From an uncultured Gammaproteobacteria bacterium (GTDB lineage Bacteria > Pseudomonadota > Gammaproteobacteria > Steroidobacterales > Steroidobacteraceae), in contig CAVWOW010000019.1 in assembly GCA_963756755.1 (NCBI GenBank), positions 23,916 through 87,915 on the forward strand: DNA of 64,000 bases. The letters are read 5' to 3'. The notes below the pieces were generated by a model. The model saw only the letters and a program-made list of their open reading frames with translations. It ran no database searches and was not told the DNA's origin. A program made the translations under genes and the position numbers. Positions 50,177-61,304 of this stretch are shown piece after piece (within the stretch, counting starts at the first letter, position 1; each line of letters begins with the position of its first letter).

Positions 50177-53118
50177 TCGTCGTCGAGTAAGGTGAGCATG
50201 GCGGTCGGTCGTGTGCCGAGTACCGCGCCGCCCGTCGGACTGGAAAGGGCGAGCCTCACGGTTTCATTGGCCTCGTTCACCGTGTCGTTCCTGAGCGTCA
50301 CCGCAAACGCGGCCGACCACTGGCCGGCCGCGAAGCTGAGCGTGCCGGACGCCGAGGTATAGTCCGCGGGCGCAAGCGCCGTGCCGGGTGAGGTGGAATA
50401 GCGGACCGATACGCCATTCGCCACTCCACCGGTTCGAATGACCCTGATCGTCGCGCTCCCACCAGCTTCACTGCGCTCGTAGGCGGCGGCGCTGAAATTG
50501 AGCGCGCCGCCCTCGTCGTTGTCGACCACGGTGAGCGTCGCAGTGCGGCGCGTGCCGAGCACCGCGCCGCTGCTGGGATTGCTGAGCGAAAGGTTCACGG
50601 TCTCGTTGGCCTCGTCGAGCCCGTCGTTCGTGATCGGCACCTGGAAGCTCGCCGTCAGCACACCTACCCCGAAGGTAAGCGTGCCGCTCCTGGCAGTGTA
50701 ATCCGGGCCGGCGCTCGCCGTCCCGTTCGCGGTCGAATACCGGACCGACCTGCCGCCCGCAAGCCCGCCGGTGCGCGTGACCGTGATCGTGGCGCTGCCG
50801 CCGTTCTCGGTCTTCCGGTAGCTCGCGGCGCCGAAGGCGAACGTGCTCGTCCCATCGTCGTTCAGGATCGACCCGGCCGCGCGTGCGTCGGCGATCGTGG
50901 CCCCCGACGGCGCAGAGAGGTCCACGTAGAAGACTTCATTCCCCTCGACCGTCGTGTCGCCCCGGATCGGTCACCGGGATCGTCCGGGACGTCGCGCCGG
51001 CCGGGAAGGTGAGCGTGCCATTGGCCGCGGTGTAGTCGGTGCCGGACTTCGCGGATCCGCTCGTCGTCTTCCAGGCGACGCTGACCGGCGCTGCGCGCGC
51101 CGCGGACAACCTGACGTTGACCAAGGCGGTGGTCGAGCCGGAGTTGCCCTCGTACCGCGACACATTGGCGATACGGATCGAGACTGCGGACTGTGTGACG
51201 AACCGCGCGGTATAAGTCGTGTTCGACGCCGGTGTGGTGATCGTGTGCACGCGGGCACCGCCGTCCGACCAGGACGAGAAGTGCTGGTTGCCCTGCGGCG
51301 ACACGGCTTCGAGGCTGCGCTGGATTCCCACGACGCCCACGAAGCTGTGGGGTGTCGACACGGGCTGACCGTCGAGCCGCAGCTGAAGCCCGGCTGGAAC
51401 AGTCACGAGCGTGACCGTGGCCTTGCGTGGCCGGATGTCCCGGCTGATCGTACGCGTGAGGCCGCCTGAATCCCTGACCTGCAGGTGGATGCGGTAGAAG
51501 ACGTTGGCGGATTTCTCGCCGGTCCTCGTGATCGTGAAAGAACCGGTTTTCGACCCGACTGTACGGGCGGCCTGTACGGGTGCGAGTAGGCGTCGTCGTG
51601 GTGCAGGTCCACCCACCAGGTGAAGGCGCTGGCGGGCAGCGTGCCGTCCTCGGAGTCGCTGCCCAGTGCCGGCATAGCTGATGACGTCTCCACCCGCATA
51701 CGTCGACCCGCTCACCGGTTTCGTGATGCTCGCCACCGGCAGCGAGTTCTGGGTGACGGTGAGCTGCGCAGCGTCGCTGGTGGCGGAGCCAAGTGCGTTC
51801 GAGACGACCACGTCGAAGAACGCGCCGTTGGCCGAGAACTGTGCGTTCGCAAGGGTATAAGTCGCGCCGGTCGCGCCGGTGATCGTATTGCCGTTCCTGC
51901 GCCACCGGTAGGTGAGCGGTGCGCTGCCGGTGGCGCTCGACGCGGAAGGTCGCCGACTGGCCGATCGCAACCGTGACGCTTCTCGGCTGCAGCGTGATCG
52001 ATGGCGGCTCCGAATCGGCGTAGCTGATGCGACCGACGACCCCGTTTCCGCGAGCGAGATAGTACAACGCCCCATCGGGCCCGACCTTCAGGTCGACAGG
52101 AAACGAAATGCCGCTCGCGAAGGAGGTGTCGGAACCGGGACCGACTGTCCGGATCGATGCGGCGGATCCACCCGGAGCAGTAGTCGGCATAGAAATAGTC
52201 CCCGCGATAGGCGGTCGGGAACGTAGGCACGGCCGACTCGTAGAACGCGCCGCCGGTGATCGCGCAGCCGCTGCGCCACGGCCGTAATAGTGGAACGGGT
52301 ATGTGAAATCCGGATCAGGACTGCCGTCCGGCGGGCCTTCCTCGGCCGGCCACCCGTAATTCGCGCCGGCGGCGCCCCGGTTGATCTCTTCGAAACTGAC
52401 TTCGCCGACGTCGTTGATGAACAGGCGCCCGGTGCTGCGCTCGAACGCCATCGTGAAGGGATTGCGCAGGCCGCGCGCCCAGATCGCGCGATTGACGCCG
52501 CTGGCCGTGCCGAAGAAGGGGTTGTTCGTCGGGATGGACCCGTCGCGATTGATGCGCAGGATCTTCCCCTTGAGGTTGCCGAGCGTCTGCGAGTTCGCGC
52601 TGTTGGCGTTGTCGCCGACGGCGATGTAGAGCTTGCCGTCGTTGCCGAAGTGGATCGCGCCGCCGTTGTGATTGGTCGCCCCCGACAGCGCGTTCAAGTT
52701 GAGGAGCACGACCTCGCTGCCCGGCACCGCCACGTTACCGTTGGCGGTGAACCGGCTCACGCGGTTGTGGATGGTCGGGCTGGTGGCGGTGTAGTAGACG
52801 TAAACGATGCCTGTTCGTCTCGAAGTCCGGGTCGAAGGCCACGCCGAGCAGCCCGCGCTCGCCCTGGTTGTTCACCGGGACCGTGAGGAACGGCGTCGCG
52901 AGCAGCGTGCCGTTCTGGACGACGCGCAGCTTGCCGCTCTGCTGGCAGATGAAGAGTCGCCCGTCGGGCGCGAACTTCATCGCGGTCGTATCCGAAGGGA
53001 CGTCGACGAAGACGCTGTCGACGAAGCCGGCCGGCACCGTTGCCGCCAACGCTGCGTTCGCCAGGCAGAATTGCGCGGCGATCACTGCGCATCCCACGCA
53101 GGCACGCCATCCGGGCAT
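50173..53118 (-). pseudogene. Large secreted protein: PQQ-type (SGDH-like) sugar dehydrogenase beta-propeller, Ig-like domains, four Calx-beta domains; about seven frame breaks
   Basis: Signal peptide MPGWRACVGCAVIAAQFCLANAALA. The propeller carries LLGVAFDPDF, HNGGAIHFGNDGKLYIAVGD, GLRNPFTMAF and SGCAITGGAFY...YRGDYFYADYCSGWI. The Ig-like part reads PPSITLQPRSVTVAIGQSATF and PLTYRWRRNGNTITGATGATY. Calx-beta units follow the pattern DYTARSGTLTFGVGVLTASFQVPITNDGLDEANETVNLSLSNP. Pieces come from ORFs 52735..53181, 50862..52760, 51712..52230, 50936..52075, 51403..51699 and 50173..50925. Confidence 0.75.
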
Positions 53119-53282
53119 ACGCACGGCTGACCCCCTGTCCGTGTTTGTCGGCTTGGTATGAGAGCCCAGCGGGTCGGACAAATCCAGTGGCGTGCCGTCG
53201 GCGAAGCGCGACGATTGTCGTCAGACGACTGGCGATGCCTGTTGTCGGACGACCGCCGACGAGCCTGGCTCGACCCGCAGGC

Positions 53283-53825
53283 CTACCCGCGCCGCAGCAG
53301 GCGAAAGAAGGCGTAGGAGGGGTCGGCCACGCCGGGTGCACCAATGCGCGCGCCCTCGACCATCGGATGGCTCATATCGATGATCGACGGCTGGTGGACG
53401 TGCGCCCAGTCCGCGACGATGGCGCGATGCTGGAATTTCCAGCGGCCCTCGCGGCGCGTGTACTTGTCGAAGTAGCGCCCGCCGATCAGCAGTTCCGCCG
53501 GCCCGTCGGGGGTGCGGAACCTGTGCATCGCGATCAGGTAGATCTCGCCCTCCGCATAGTCGCCGTCCAGCGCGATGTTCACGGTGGTGACGTTGTGATG
53601 CAGGATCTCCATCGGCGCCTGGATTTCAGGCAGGCGCTCGATGAACTCCATCGCCGGGCCGCTGAAGAGCGAGCCGTGCTCGTCGATCGCGTCCTCGTGG
53701 TAGAGCGAGCGCATCTTCGCGTGATCGTGCCGGTCCGCGGCGTTGCAGTAGGCGCACACCAGCTCGTAGATCTCCTGCTTGTCGAGCAGGGCCTGCAGTC
53801 GCGATTCAACGGTGGGGTCGGTCAT
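53283..53825 (-). CDS. SnoaL-like / NTF2-fold protein
   Basis: 180 aa. LLDKQEIYELVCAYCNAADRHD...GGRYFDKYTRREGRWKFQHR is typical of SnoaL_4-type proteins. Confidence 0.7.
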   Translation of the reverse strand: MTDPTVESRLQALLDKQEIYELVCAYCNAADRHDHAKMRSLYHEDAIDEHGSLFSGPAMEFIERLPEIQAPMEILHHNVTTVNIALDGDYAEGEIYLIAMHRFRTPDGPAELLIGGRYFDKYTRREGRWKFQHRAIVADWAHVHQPSIIDMSHPMVEGARIGAPGVADPSYAFFRLLRRG

Positions 53826-53837
53826 GTCGCGCCTTCG

Positions 53838-54056
53838 TCATTGGCAGTCGTCGGAAACTTTCGTCGCCAGGTCCATCGGCAGTCCGAACCAGTCGTAACC
53901 GAACCATCGGCGCTTCGGCGAGGTAGTGCTGGCGATGCGGTCGACCACCGATGCGACCGCCGCATCGGTGCGGCTGGTGGCCACCGGGGCCACCGGAGCA
54001 CTGGCTGTACAACCGGCCAGTACCAGCGGAGCGAGCACCGGCCACGGGCGCCTCAT
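53838..54056 (-). CDS. 72-aa lipoprotein, hypothetical
   Basis: MRRPWPVLAPLVLAGCTAS lipobox. The ATG overlaps the stop of the upstream symporter gene (ATGA). It forms the tail of ORF 53838..55028. Confidence 0.55.
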   Translation of the reverse strand: MRRPWPVLAPLVLAGCTASAPVAPVATSRTDAAVASVVDRIASTTSPKRRWFGYDWFGLPMDLATKVSDDCQ

Positions 54057-55334
54057 GATGCGGGCCCGGGCGCGACAGGGGAGGATGCCGGGGATGCAGG
54101 TGCCGTTGCCTCCGAGTGCCGTCGCGCCACGACGGACGTGACGGCGAGATCGCCCGTGACGTTGCCTGCGGTGCGGAACGCGTCGGGAATCGGATCGAGC
54201 GCCAGCATCAGCGCCACCGGCTCGAGCGGCAGCCCCATCGCGAGCAGCACGGGGATGTGAGAGGCGGCAAACGTCACCTGTCCCGGAAGGCTCACCGAGC
54301 CGAGGCTGACGATGATCGCGACCAGCGCGCCCGAAGCGAGCTGCGCGGGCGCAAGGTCCACCCCGTAGAGCCAGGCGACGAAGCATGCGGCGCCGAGGGT
54401 GTTCGCGGGACTCGTGACGCGAAAGAGCGAGACGGCGAGGGGCAGCACGATGCCCGCGATCCGCACAGGAACGCCGAGTCGACGGGTTGCGGCCTCGAGC
54501 ATGACGGGAAGCGAAGCGAGCGAAGACTGTGTCCCGAACGCGACCGCCTGCGCGGGCGCCGCCGCGCGTGCGAATCGAGCGAGCGCCACTCCGCCGAGCG
54601 CGACGGCGACCGGGTACATCGCGAGCAGCACCGAGCCCTGGATGCACGACTGCACGAACACGAACCAGCCCGCGGCGCCGATCAGGCCCGAGCCCGTGCG
54701 CAGCGGCGACCGGCAGAATCAGCGCGAAGACGCCGATTGGCGCGACCTTGAGCACCCAGCCCACGATCACGAGCATCGCCTGCGCGATGGCGCGCAGCAG
54801 CTCGACGATCGACGCCCGCTGCGTGTCGGGCAGGCGGGTAACCGCAAAGCCGAAGATCAGCGCGAACAGCACGAGCGGCACCATCGCGTTGCCCGCCGCC
54901 GCGGCGATCGCATTCGACGGCAGCAGACCAGCGAGCTGCTCCGCGAGGCCCGGGATCTGCGGGGCGGGTCCCTCCGTCGCCGGAAGCAGGGCGCCGCGGC
55001 TGCCGGGCGTCGCTCGCCCACAGCGCATAGAACGCCGGAGCGATCAGCGGCGGTCGCCGTGGCGACCGCAGCGAGGAGCGCCGATGAAGAGTCCGAGCGC
55101 GAACGTCGTCGTCCGACCCGCGGCCGCCGCACTGCTCGCGTCGGCAACGCCGACGACCACGAGCGCGACGACCAGCGGCACGACGGTCATGCGCAGCGAA
55201 TTGAGCCACAGCGTGCCGATCGGCGATACGATCGCCGCGAGGCGCTCGGCGACCCCGTCGCCGAGCATGGTCGAGAGCCAGCCGACGATCAGTCCCAGGG
55301 CGAGTCCGCCCAGCACACGCGTGGTCGTCGACAA
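54053..55334 (-). pseudogene. Dicarboxylate/amino acid:cation symporter (DAACS family), four frame breaks
   Basis: Pieces in four frames: MSTTTRVLGGLALGLIVG...LWLNSLRMTVVPLVV | ALLAAVATATAA | LIAPAFYALW | ...NAMVPLVLFALIFGFAV...KVAPIGVFALI | ...AFGTQSSLASLPVM...GSVSLPGQVTF...DPIPDAFRTAGNVTGD. Length 1282 nt = 3n+1, consistent with four extra bases. Confidence 0.8.
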
Positions 55335-55522
55335 CCGCTTCCCCCAGGTGCGAGCCCGTCACAACCCGCCGCAGTGTACAGGCCGGTCGTCGCACGACTC
55401 GACGATTATTCAGGAATATGCGAACTTAGAATATCAATAGTAGGCGTTTATGCGAGCAATTGACCTGAGTAATCTCGCTGCGGCCGCCAGGGTGAAGCGC
55501 CTGGGGCAAACGAGGATCAGGC

Positions 55523-55645
55523 ATGTTCAGCAACAATCCGAATGGCAGGCTTCTGACTCGACTGTTCGCCGGGCTCACGTTCGCCGTGACCGTGGTCGCG
55601 GGCTCGCTGGGTTACGCCGTCTCGAACTCGCAGGCATTCTTCTGA
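55523..55645 (+). CDS. 40-aa single-TM hypothetical peptide, below the ORF-track cutoff
   Basis: GAGGA lies 7 nt upstream of the ATG. MFSNNPNGRLLTRLFAGLTFAVTVVAGSLGYAVSNSQAFF. Codon third positions are GC-rich. It competes with the arginine-rich ORF 55450..55653 in another frame. Confidence 0.35.
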   Translation: MFSNNPNGRLLTRLFAGLTFAVTVVAGSLGYAVSNSQAFF

Positions 55646-55669
55646 CCGTTTAGGCTGGCTGGGCGCTGC

Positions 55670-56136
55670 ATGGAGTCATACGCGCCCGCCATCCGCCGAA
55701 TCGCCGGCCTCGTGGCGCCGCCTGCGTGGTCGTGATCTCGGCCTGCGGCGGGGGCCAATCACCCGAGGCGCAGGTGCGCTCGGTGATCGAAGCAGGCGAG
55801 GCCGCCGCAGAGGCGCGCGACCTGTCTGAGCTGATGGATCTCGTGTCGTCGCGCTACGAGGACGAGCTGGGACGCGATCGGGCCGAGCTGCAGCGCTACG
55901 TCCAGGGCTACCTGATCGCGAATCAGTCGATTCGCCTGCTTACCCGCGTCGACAGCATCGAGTTTCCGTATCGGGACATGGCCCGTGTCGAGCTGACGCT
56001 CGCCTCGCTCGGACGCGAGGCGAGCGCCGACACCTCGTTCGACCTCGCCGCCGACGTCGAGCGATTGACCATCGAGCTCACGCTCGACGATGGGGAGTGG
56101 AAGCTCACGCGCGCACGGCGGCACAGCGAACCCTGA
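55670..56136 (+). pseudogene. Lipoprotein, hypothetical; frame break in the signal peptide near 55712
   Basis: ATG 55670 gives MESYAPAIRRIAGLV, then the frame changes to AACVVVISACGGGQSPEAQ... (lipobox ISAC) of ORF 55726..56136. This junction needs a missing base rather than an extra one. Confidence 0.5.
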
Positions 56137-56177
56137 AATCGTGGATCAACCCCGCTAAACGACGGATGAATCCGCGC

Positions 56178-57314
56178 TCAGCCCTGCACATGGACGCGGC
56201 CGCGCAGTGACAGCGCCTTGACGAGCACCCAGATTCGCCGCCCCGTCTCGAGCGCGAGCTCAGCTGCCGCCGGTCGCGTGACGCGCGCGAGCAGCACCGG
56301 TCCGCCGACGTCGACTTCGACCAGCACGGCGTCCCGGCCGTCGTCGACGATCGCGCGGACGGTCCCCTCGATCTCGTTGCGTACGCTCAGGCCCGTGGGC
56401 CGGTGGGTGGCCAGCACGAGGTCCCGCGCGAGCAGCTGTACGCGGACCGGCCGGCCGTTGCCTGGTGCGCCAGTCGGAGGCCGTGATCAGGCTGTCGCCA
56501 ATGCGTATCCGCGCGAGGCCGGTGGCGGCGTCGACCGATTCGACGCGGCCGTCGACGACGGCGCCCACGAGCTCGGGCCCGAGCACGGCGCGCAAGGCCG
56601 GAAGCAGCGCGATCCGGGTCACGTCGCCCTGGGCGGCGACGCGGCCGTGCTCGAGCAGCACGACGTGGCCTGCAAGACGCACGACTTCCTCGAAGTCGTG
56701 GCTCACGTAGACGATCGGTATCGCGTGCCGGTCGCGCAGCGCCTCGAACCAGGGCAGGAGCTCCTCGCGACGCGCCGCGTCGAGCGAGGCCAGCGGCTCG
56801 TCGAGGAGCAGCAATCGTGGACGCGACAGCAACGCGCGCCCGAGCGCGACGCGCTGGCGCTCGCCGCCCGAGAGCTCGTGCGGCCGTCGGCGCAGCAGGC
56901 CCGGTGAGGCCGAGCAGCGCGACCGCGTCGGCGAACTCGGTCTCGGTGCCGCGCGGCTGCGGTGCGACGTTGTCCGTAGCGGAGGTTGCCGGCGACGTCG
57001 AGGTGCGGGAACAACAGCGGGTCCTGGAACACGTAGCCGACGCGACGCCGCTGCGGCGGCAGCGAGATCCGCCGTGCCGAGTCGTGCAGCACCGAGCCGT
57101 CGAGCGCGATCCGGCCGCGATCCGGCGCGATGAGCCCCGCGATCAGCTCGATGAGCGTCGTCTTGCCGCTCCCGGAGCGTCCGAAGAGCGCGGTCACGCC
57201 AGGGGTGGCCGCTGCGAACGCGGCTTCGAGCTCGAAGTCCTTGCGCCGCAGCCTTACGTCGACCTCCAGCACCTCTATCTGCCCACACGGCGTCGCAGCG
57301 CCCGCGATACCCAT
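56178..57314 (-). pseudogene. modC: Molybdate ABC transporter ATP-binding protein ModC with C-terminal TOBE domain, three frame breaks; exact start uncertain
   Basis: Walker [10 protein letters not shown], then [19 protein letters not shown] | [12 protein letters not shown] | [40 protein letters not shown]...SLITASDW | ...RVQLLARDLVLATHRPTGLSVRNEIEGTV (TOBE). Length 1137 nt, consistent with three extra bases. Confidence 0.85.
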
Positions 57315-57949
57315 TCCGCGAGCACCAGCCCGGTCAGGCCGAGCAGAAACGACATCCCCGCCAGCCGCGCCGCGAGCGCATCACCGCCCGGCGACTGCAG
57401 CGCCGTGTAGAGGGCTAGCGGCAGCGTGCGGGTCTCGCCGGGAATGTTGGAGGCGAAGGTGATGACCGCGCCGAACTCCCCCAGGCCGGCCGCGAAGGCG
57501 ATGATCGCCCCCGCGACGATGCCGGGCGCCATCAGCGGCAGCGTGATCGTGCAGAACCGGTCGATCGGCCCCGCACCCAACGTCCGCGCCGCGTCCTCGA
57601 GCCGCGGATCGATGCTCTCGAGCGACAGTCGGATCGCGCGCACCATGAGCGGGAAGGTCATCACGGCCGTGGCGAGTGCGGCGCCCGCCGAGGTGAAGGC
57701 GAGCCGCAGGCCAAACGTCGATTCGAGCCATGCGCCGAGCGGGCCGCGGGCACCGAAGAGCACCAGCAGCAGGTAACCCACGACGACCGGCGGCAGCACG
57801 AGCGGCAGGTGCACGATCGCGTCGAGGATCGTCCGGCCGAAGAAACGTGAACGCGACAGCGTCCATGCGACCGCGATCGCGAGCGGCAGTCCGAGCGCGA
57901 CGCTCCGCAGCGCGACGTACAGGCTCAGGCGCAGCGCTTCGAGTTCCAT
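57275..57949 (-). CDS. modB: Molybdate ABC transporter permease ModB
   Basis: Intact 224-aa ORF with [16 protein letters not shown] and the EAA loop [23 protein letters not shown]. Confidence 0.9.
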   Translation of the reverse strand: MELEALRLSLYVALRSVALGLPLAIAVAWTLSRSRFFGRTILDAIVHLPLVLPPVVVGYLLLVLFGARGPLGAWLESTFGLRLAFTSAGAALATAVMTFPLMVRAIRLSLESIDPRLEDAARTLGAGPIDRFCTITLPLMAPGIVAGAIIAFAAGLGEFGAVITFASNIPGETRTLPLALYTALQSPGGDALAARLAGMSFLLGLTGLVLAEWVSRALRRRVGR

Positions 57950-57971
57950 GGTGGCGGAGTCGACGCGCCGG

Positions 57972-59644
57972 CTAATCGGTCGTCTGCGCGGGCACCGGGA
58001 CGCGCTGCTCTACGCTCCGGGTCTCGCGCAGGAACAGCGTACCCACGACGAGCGTCATCGCCGCGATCACCACCGGGTACCAGAGGCCGTAGTAGATGTC
58101 GCCGGTCATCGCGACCAGCGCGAAAGACACCGTGGGCAGGAAGCCGCCGAACCAGCCGTTGCCGATGTGGTAGGGCAGTGACATCGAGGTATAGCGGATC
58201 CGCGCAGGGAAGAGCTCCACGAGCCAGGCGGCGATCGGACCGTAGACCATGGTGACGAGCAGCACGAGCAGCGTGAGCAGCGCGAGCACCATCGGATAGT
58301 CGATCCGGTCGGGGTCGGCGCGCGTTGGATAGCCAGCGCCCGCGAGCGCGGCACCGAGTGCCGCGGAGAATTCCGCGTTCGCGGCCTTGAGTGCCGCCGC
58401 ATCGAGGCCGGCGCCCTCGAAAGCGGCGATCTCGGCATCGCCGACGCTGGACGCGCGCGATGCCGACGTCCGTCGATGCGCTGTTCGTGTAGGGCACGCC
58501 TGCGCGGGCGAGGGCGGCACGCGCGATGTCGCAGGAATTGACGAAGCGCGCGCGGCCGAGGGGATCGAACTGGAAACTGCAGCTGCCCGGCGCCGCGATC
58601 AACGTCACTGGTGTCGCGCGCGATGCGGATTCGAGCGCCGGATTCGCATAGTGCGTAAGCGCCTTGAACACGGGAAAGTACAGGAGGACCGCGAGCAGGC
58701 AGCCGGCCATGATCACGGTCTTGCGGCCGATGCGGTCGGACAGCGCGCCGAACACCACGAAAAACGGCGTCCCGATCACGAGCGCCGCGGCGATCAGCAG
58801 GTTGGCCGCCAGCGGCTCGACCTTGAGCGTCTGCGTCAGGAAGAAGAGCGCGTAGAACTGTCCCGTGTACCAGACGACGGCCTGGCCTGCGGTCGCGCCG
58901 AAGAGCGCGAGCAGCACGACCTTCAGATTGCCCCACCTCGCGAAGGACTCCGTGAGCGGCGCCCGCGAGTGTGTGCCCTCGGCCTTCATCGCGCGGAACA
59001 CAGGTGATTCATCGAGCTGCAGGCGGATGTACACCGACACGGCCAGCAGCACGATCGACAGCAGGAACGGAATTCGCCAGCCCCAGGTCTCGAACGCATC
59101 GCCGAGCGCCGCGCGGCAGACCAGGATGACCACCAGGCTCAGGAAGAGTCCCAGCGTCGCCGTGGTCTGGATCCAGCTCGTGTAAAGCCCGCGCCTGCCG
59201 TCGGGCGCGTGCTCCGCGACGTACACGGCGGCGCCGCCGTACTCACCGCCGAGCGCGAGTCCCTGCAGCAGGCGGAGGCGTGACCAGGATGATCGGTGCG
59301 GCGACACCGATCGTCGCATAGCCGGGCAGTATGCCGACGATCGCGGTCGACAGACCCATGATCACGATCGTGATCAGGAAGGTGTACTTGCGCCCGACGA
59401 GGTCGCCCAGCCGACCGAAGACGATCGCGCCGAAGGGCCGCACGGCAAAACCGGCGGCGAACGCGAGCAGGGCGAAGATGAACGCCGTGGCCTCGTTCAC
59501 GCCGGAGAAGAACTGCCGGGAGATCACCGCCGCCAGCGAGCCGTAAAGATAGAAGTCGTACCACTCGAAGACGGTCCCGAGGCTCGAGGCGAAGATCACT
59601 CGGCGGTGCGGGCGATCGATGCCCCGCGCAGGTCGGCTGGCCAT
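57972..59644 (-). pseudogene. MFS transporter, metabolite:H+ symporter (MHS) type, two frame breaks (about 59270 and 58450)
   Basis: FEWYDFYLYGSLA, GRLGDLVGRKYTF | LLRLLQGLALGGEYGGAAVYVAEHAP...GALSDRIGRK... | ...YGPIAAWLVELFPARIRYTSMSLPYHIGNGWFGG. Length 1673 nt = 3n+2. Confidence 0.85.
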
Positions 59645-59779
59645 GGCGGCGGAGCGTGCCGGGTTTCACGGGTCGCGCGCAAGCCCGGGCTGCGGTCCGC
59701 ACCGGTCGTGACTGTCAACCACGGCGCGCCGGGTGCGTTTGGGCAGCGACGGCCTGCATGCTCATCCTGAGGAGTGCCG

Positions 59780-60304
59780 ATGCTGCGAAACCTCGCCTGT
59801 CCTGCCTGTGATGGCCTGCCTGCTCGTCGGCGTGCACGACTCCGAGCTCCGGCAAGGTTTTCTCGCGCGATGAGGCTCGAACCGCCTGGTCGGTCGTAGA
59901 GGGCCGCGTCAACGACGTCAAGCCGGTGCAGATCGAGGGTAACAGGAGCGTGCTCGGCACCGCGGGCGGCGGCTACGTCGGTTACGAGCTCGGCCGCACG
60001 ATCGGTAGCGGACGCGGTCGCGATCTGGCCGGTGCGGTCGGGGCGGTCGCCGGCGCTACGCGCCGGGCAGGTCGTCGAGGAGCGCGCCACGCGACAGGAC
60101 GCGCTTCAGATCACGATCGATCTCGATCGCGGCGAGACCATCGCGGTCGTGCAGGCCGCCGACGTTGACTTTGCGCCAGGCGAGCGCGTCAAGGTGCTCC
60201 GCCGCGGCGACGGCGCCGCGCGCGTCTCCAAACTCTGGGGACGCTACCCAAATTCGGCCGGAGCCAATTTCGGAGGACTTCCGAAATTGGCTCCGAAAGG
60301 CTAG
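59780..60304 (+). pseudogene. Glycine-zipper (SlyB / 17-kDa-antigen-like) outer-membrane lipoprotein, three or more frame breaks; 3' end uncertain
   Basis: GAGGAG RBS, then MLRNLA. Frame changes lead through VLPVMACLLVG|CTTPSSGKVFSRDEARTAWSVVEGRVNDVKPVQIEGNRSVLGTAGGGYVGYELGRTIGSGRGRDLAGAVGAVAGA|LRAGQVVEERATRQDALQITIDLDRGETIAVVQAADVDFAPGERVKVL. Confidence 0.65.
60260..60294. repeat. Perfect 15-bp inverted repeat with 5-nt loop, AT-richer than its surroundings, at a convergent gene junction
   Basis: GGAGCCAATTTCGGA-ggact-TCCGAAATTGGCTCC. Confidence 0.7.
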
Positions 60305-60308
60305 TGTC

Positions 60309-61304
60309 TCGGTCAGGGAGGGCGCGAGGCCTCTGGAGTAGAGGACCTTGCCCTCGGGCGTAACGGCAATGGCGTCGACGTCGCCCAGCGTGTCGATGAA
60401 GCGGATGCCGTCCTCGGCGCCCATCACGAACACGCTCTTGGTCAGCGCGTCGGTGCGGGTCGCGGTATCGGCGATGATCGTCACGGATCGCAGCTTGCTC
60501 GCGGAGCCGTCCGGTCCTGGGGTCCAGGATGTGGTGATAGCGGACGCCGTCCTCCTCGAAGTACCGCTCATAGTCGCCCGAGGTGGACATCGCCGTGTCA
60601 GTGAGCGGTATGCGCAGCACGACGCGGTGCTCGTCGTCCGGGTGGCGGATACCCACGACCCACGGGCGACCGAGACGGTCGCCGATGATCCGCGTATCGC
60701 CGCCCGCGTTGACCATCGCGCGCTCGATCCCGAGCCCTCGAGGACGTCGATGCCCGCGATCGACCGCATGCCCCTTGGCGATGCCGCCGAGATCGATGCG
60801 GACACCGGGCCGGCTGAAAGCGCACCGACGTGGTGTCCGGGATCAGCTCGATGTGACGGTAGTCGATGCCCGGCAGGGCTGCGGCGATCGCCTCCGCTCC
60901 CGGATGAACCCGGGCGCGGTAGTCATAGAGGTATCCCACGCTCGCGTAGGTCACGTCGAAGGCGCCGCCCGTGAGCTTCGAATACTCGATCGAGGTGGCG
61001 AGCAGGTCGAAGAGTTCCCGCGAGATCTGCACCGGACGCGGCGGCCGCGTTGCATTGACCCGCGACAGCTCGCTCTCGGGCTTGTAGGTGCTCATGAGAG
61101 CGTCGATGCGCCGGAACTCGGTGAACACCGCCTCGATCGCCGCCTCGCCCTTCGCGCGGTCCTCGCTCCACAGCTCGACCACACAGCGCGTGCCCATGAT
61201 CGACTGCTTCGCGCTGCAGCCATTCGGCGCGCGCGGGCAGGGCGGCCAGCGCCGTCGAGCAGCGCGAGCAGCGGCGGCAGCTTGCGTCGGGTCCGGTGGC
61301 TCAT
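60309..61304 (-). pseudogene. ApbE-family FAD:protein FMN transferase, five or more frame breaks; 3' end uncertain
   Basis: MSHRTRRKLPPLLALL... | ...IMGTRCVVELWSEDRAKGEAAIEAVFTEFRRIDALMSTYKPESELSRVN | RIDLGGIAKGHAVDR | GIDVLEGSG | MVNAGGDTRIIG...STSGDYERYFEEDGVRYHHILDPRTG | ...TATRTDALTKSVFVMGAEDG. The ATG overlaps the upstream stop (ATGA at 61301-61304). Confidence 0.75.

Noticed and set aside
55450-55653. 67-aa ORF in the ORF track
   Set aside because: The translation is arginine-rich and unprotein-like. A 40-aa single-TM ORF in another frame, with a GAGGA ribosome-binding site, is the better though still weak candidate.
60032-60805. Apparent ~250-nt antiparallel overlap of ORF 60032..60304 (+) with ORF 60056..60805 (-)
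   Set aside because: The overlap arises because lost frames remove the real stop codons. The perfect hairpin at 60260..60294 marks the likely true intergenic region.
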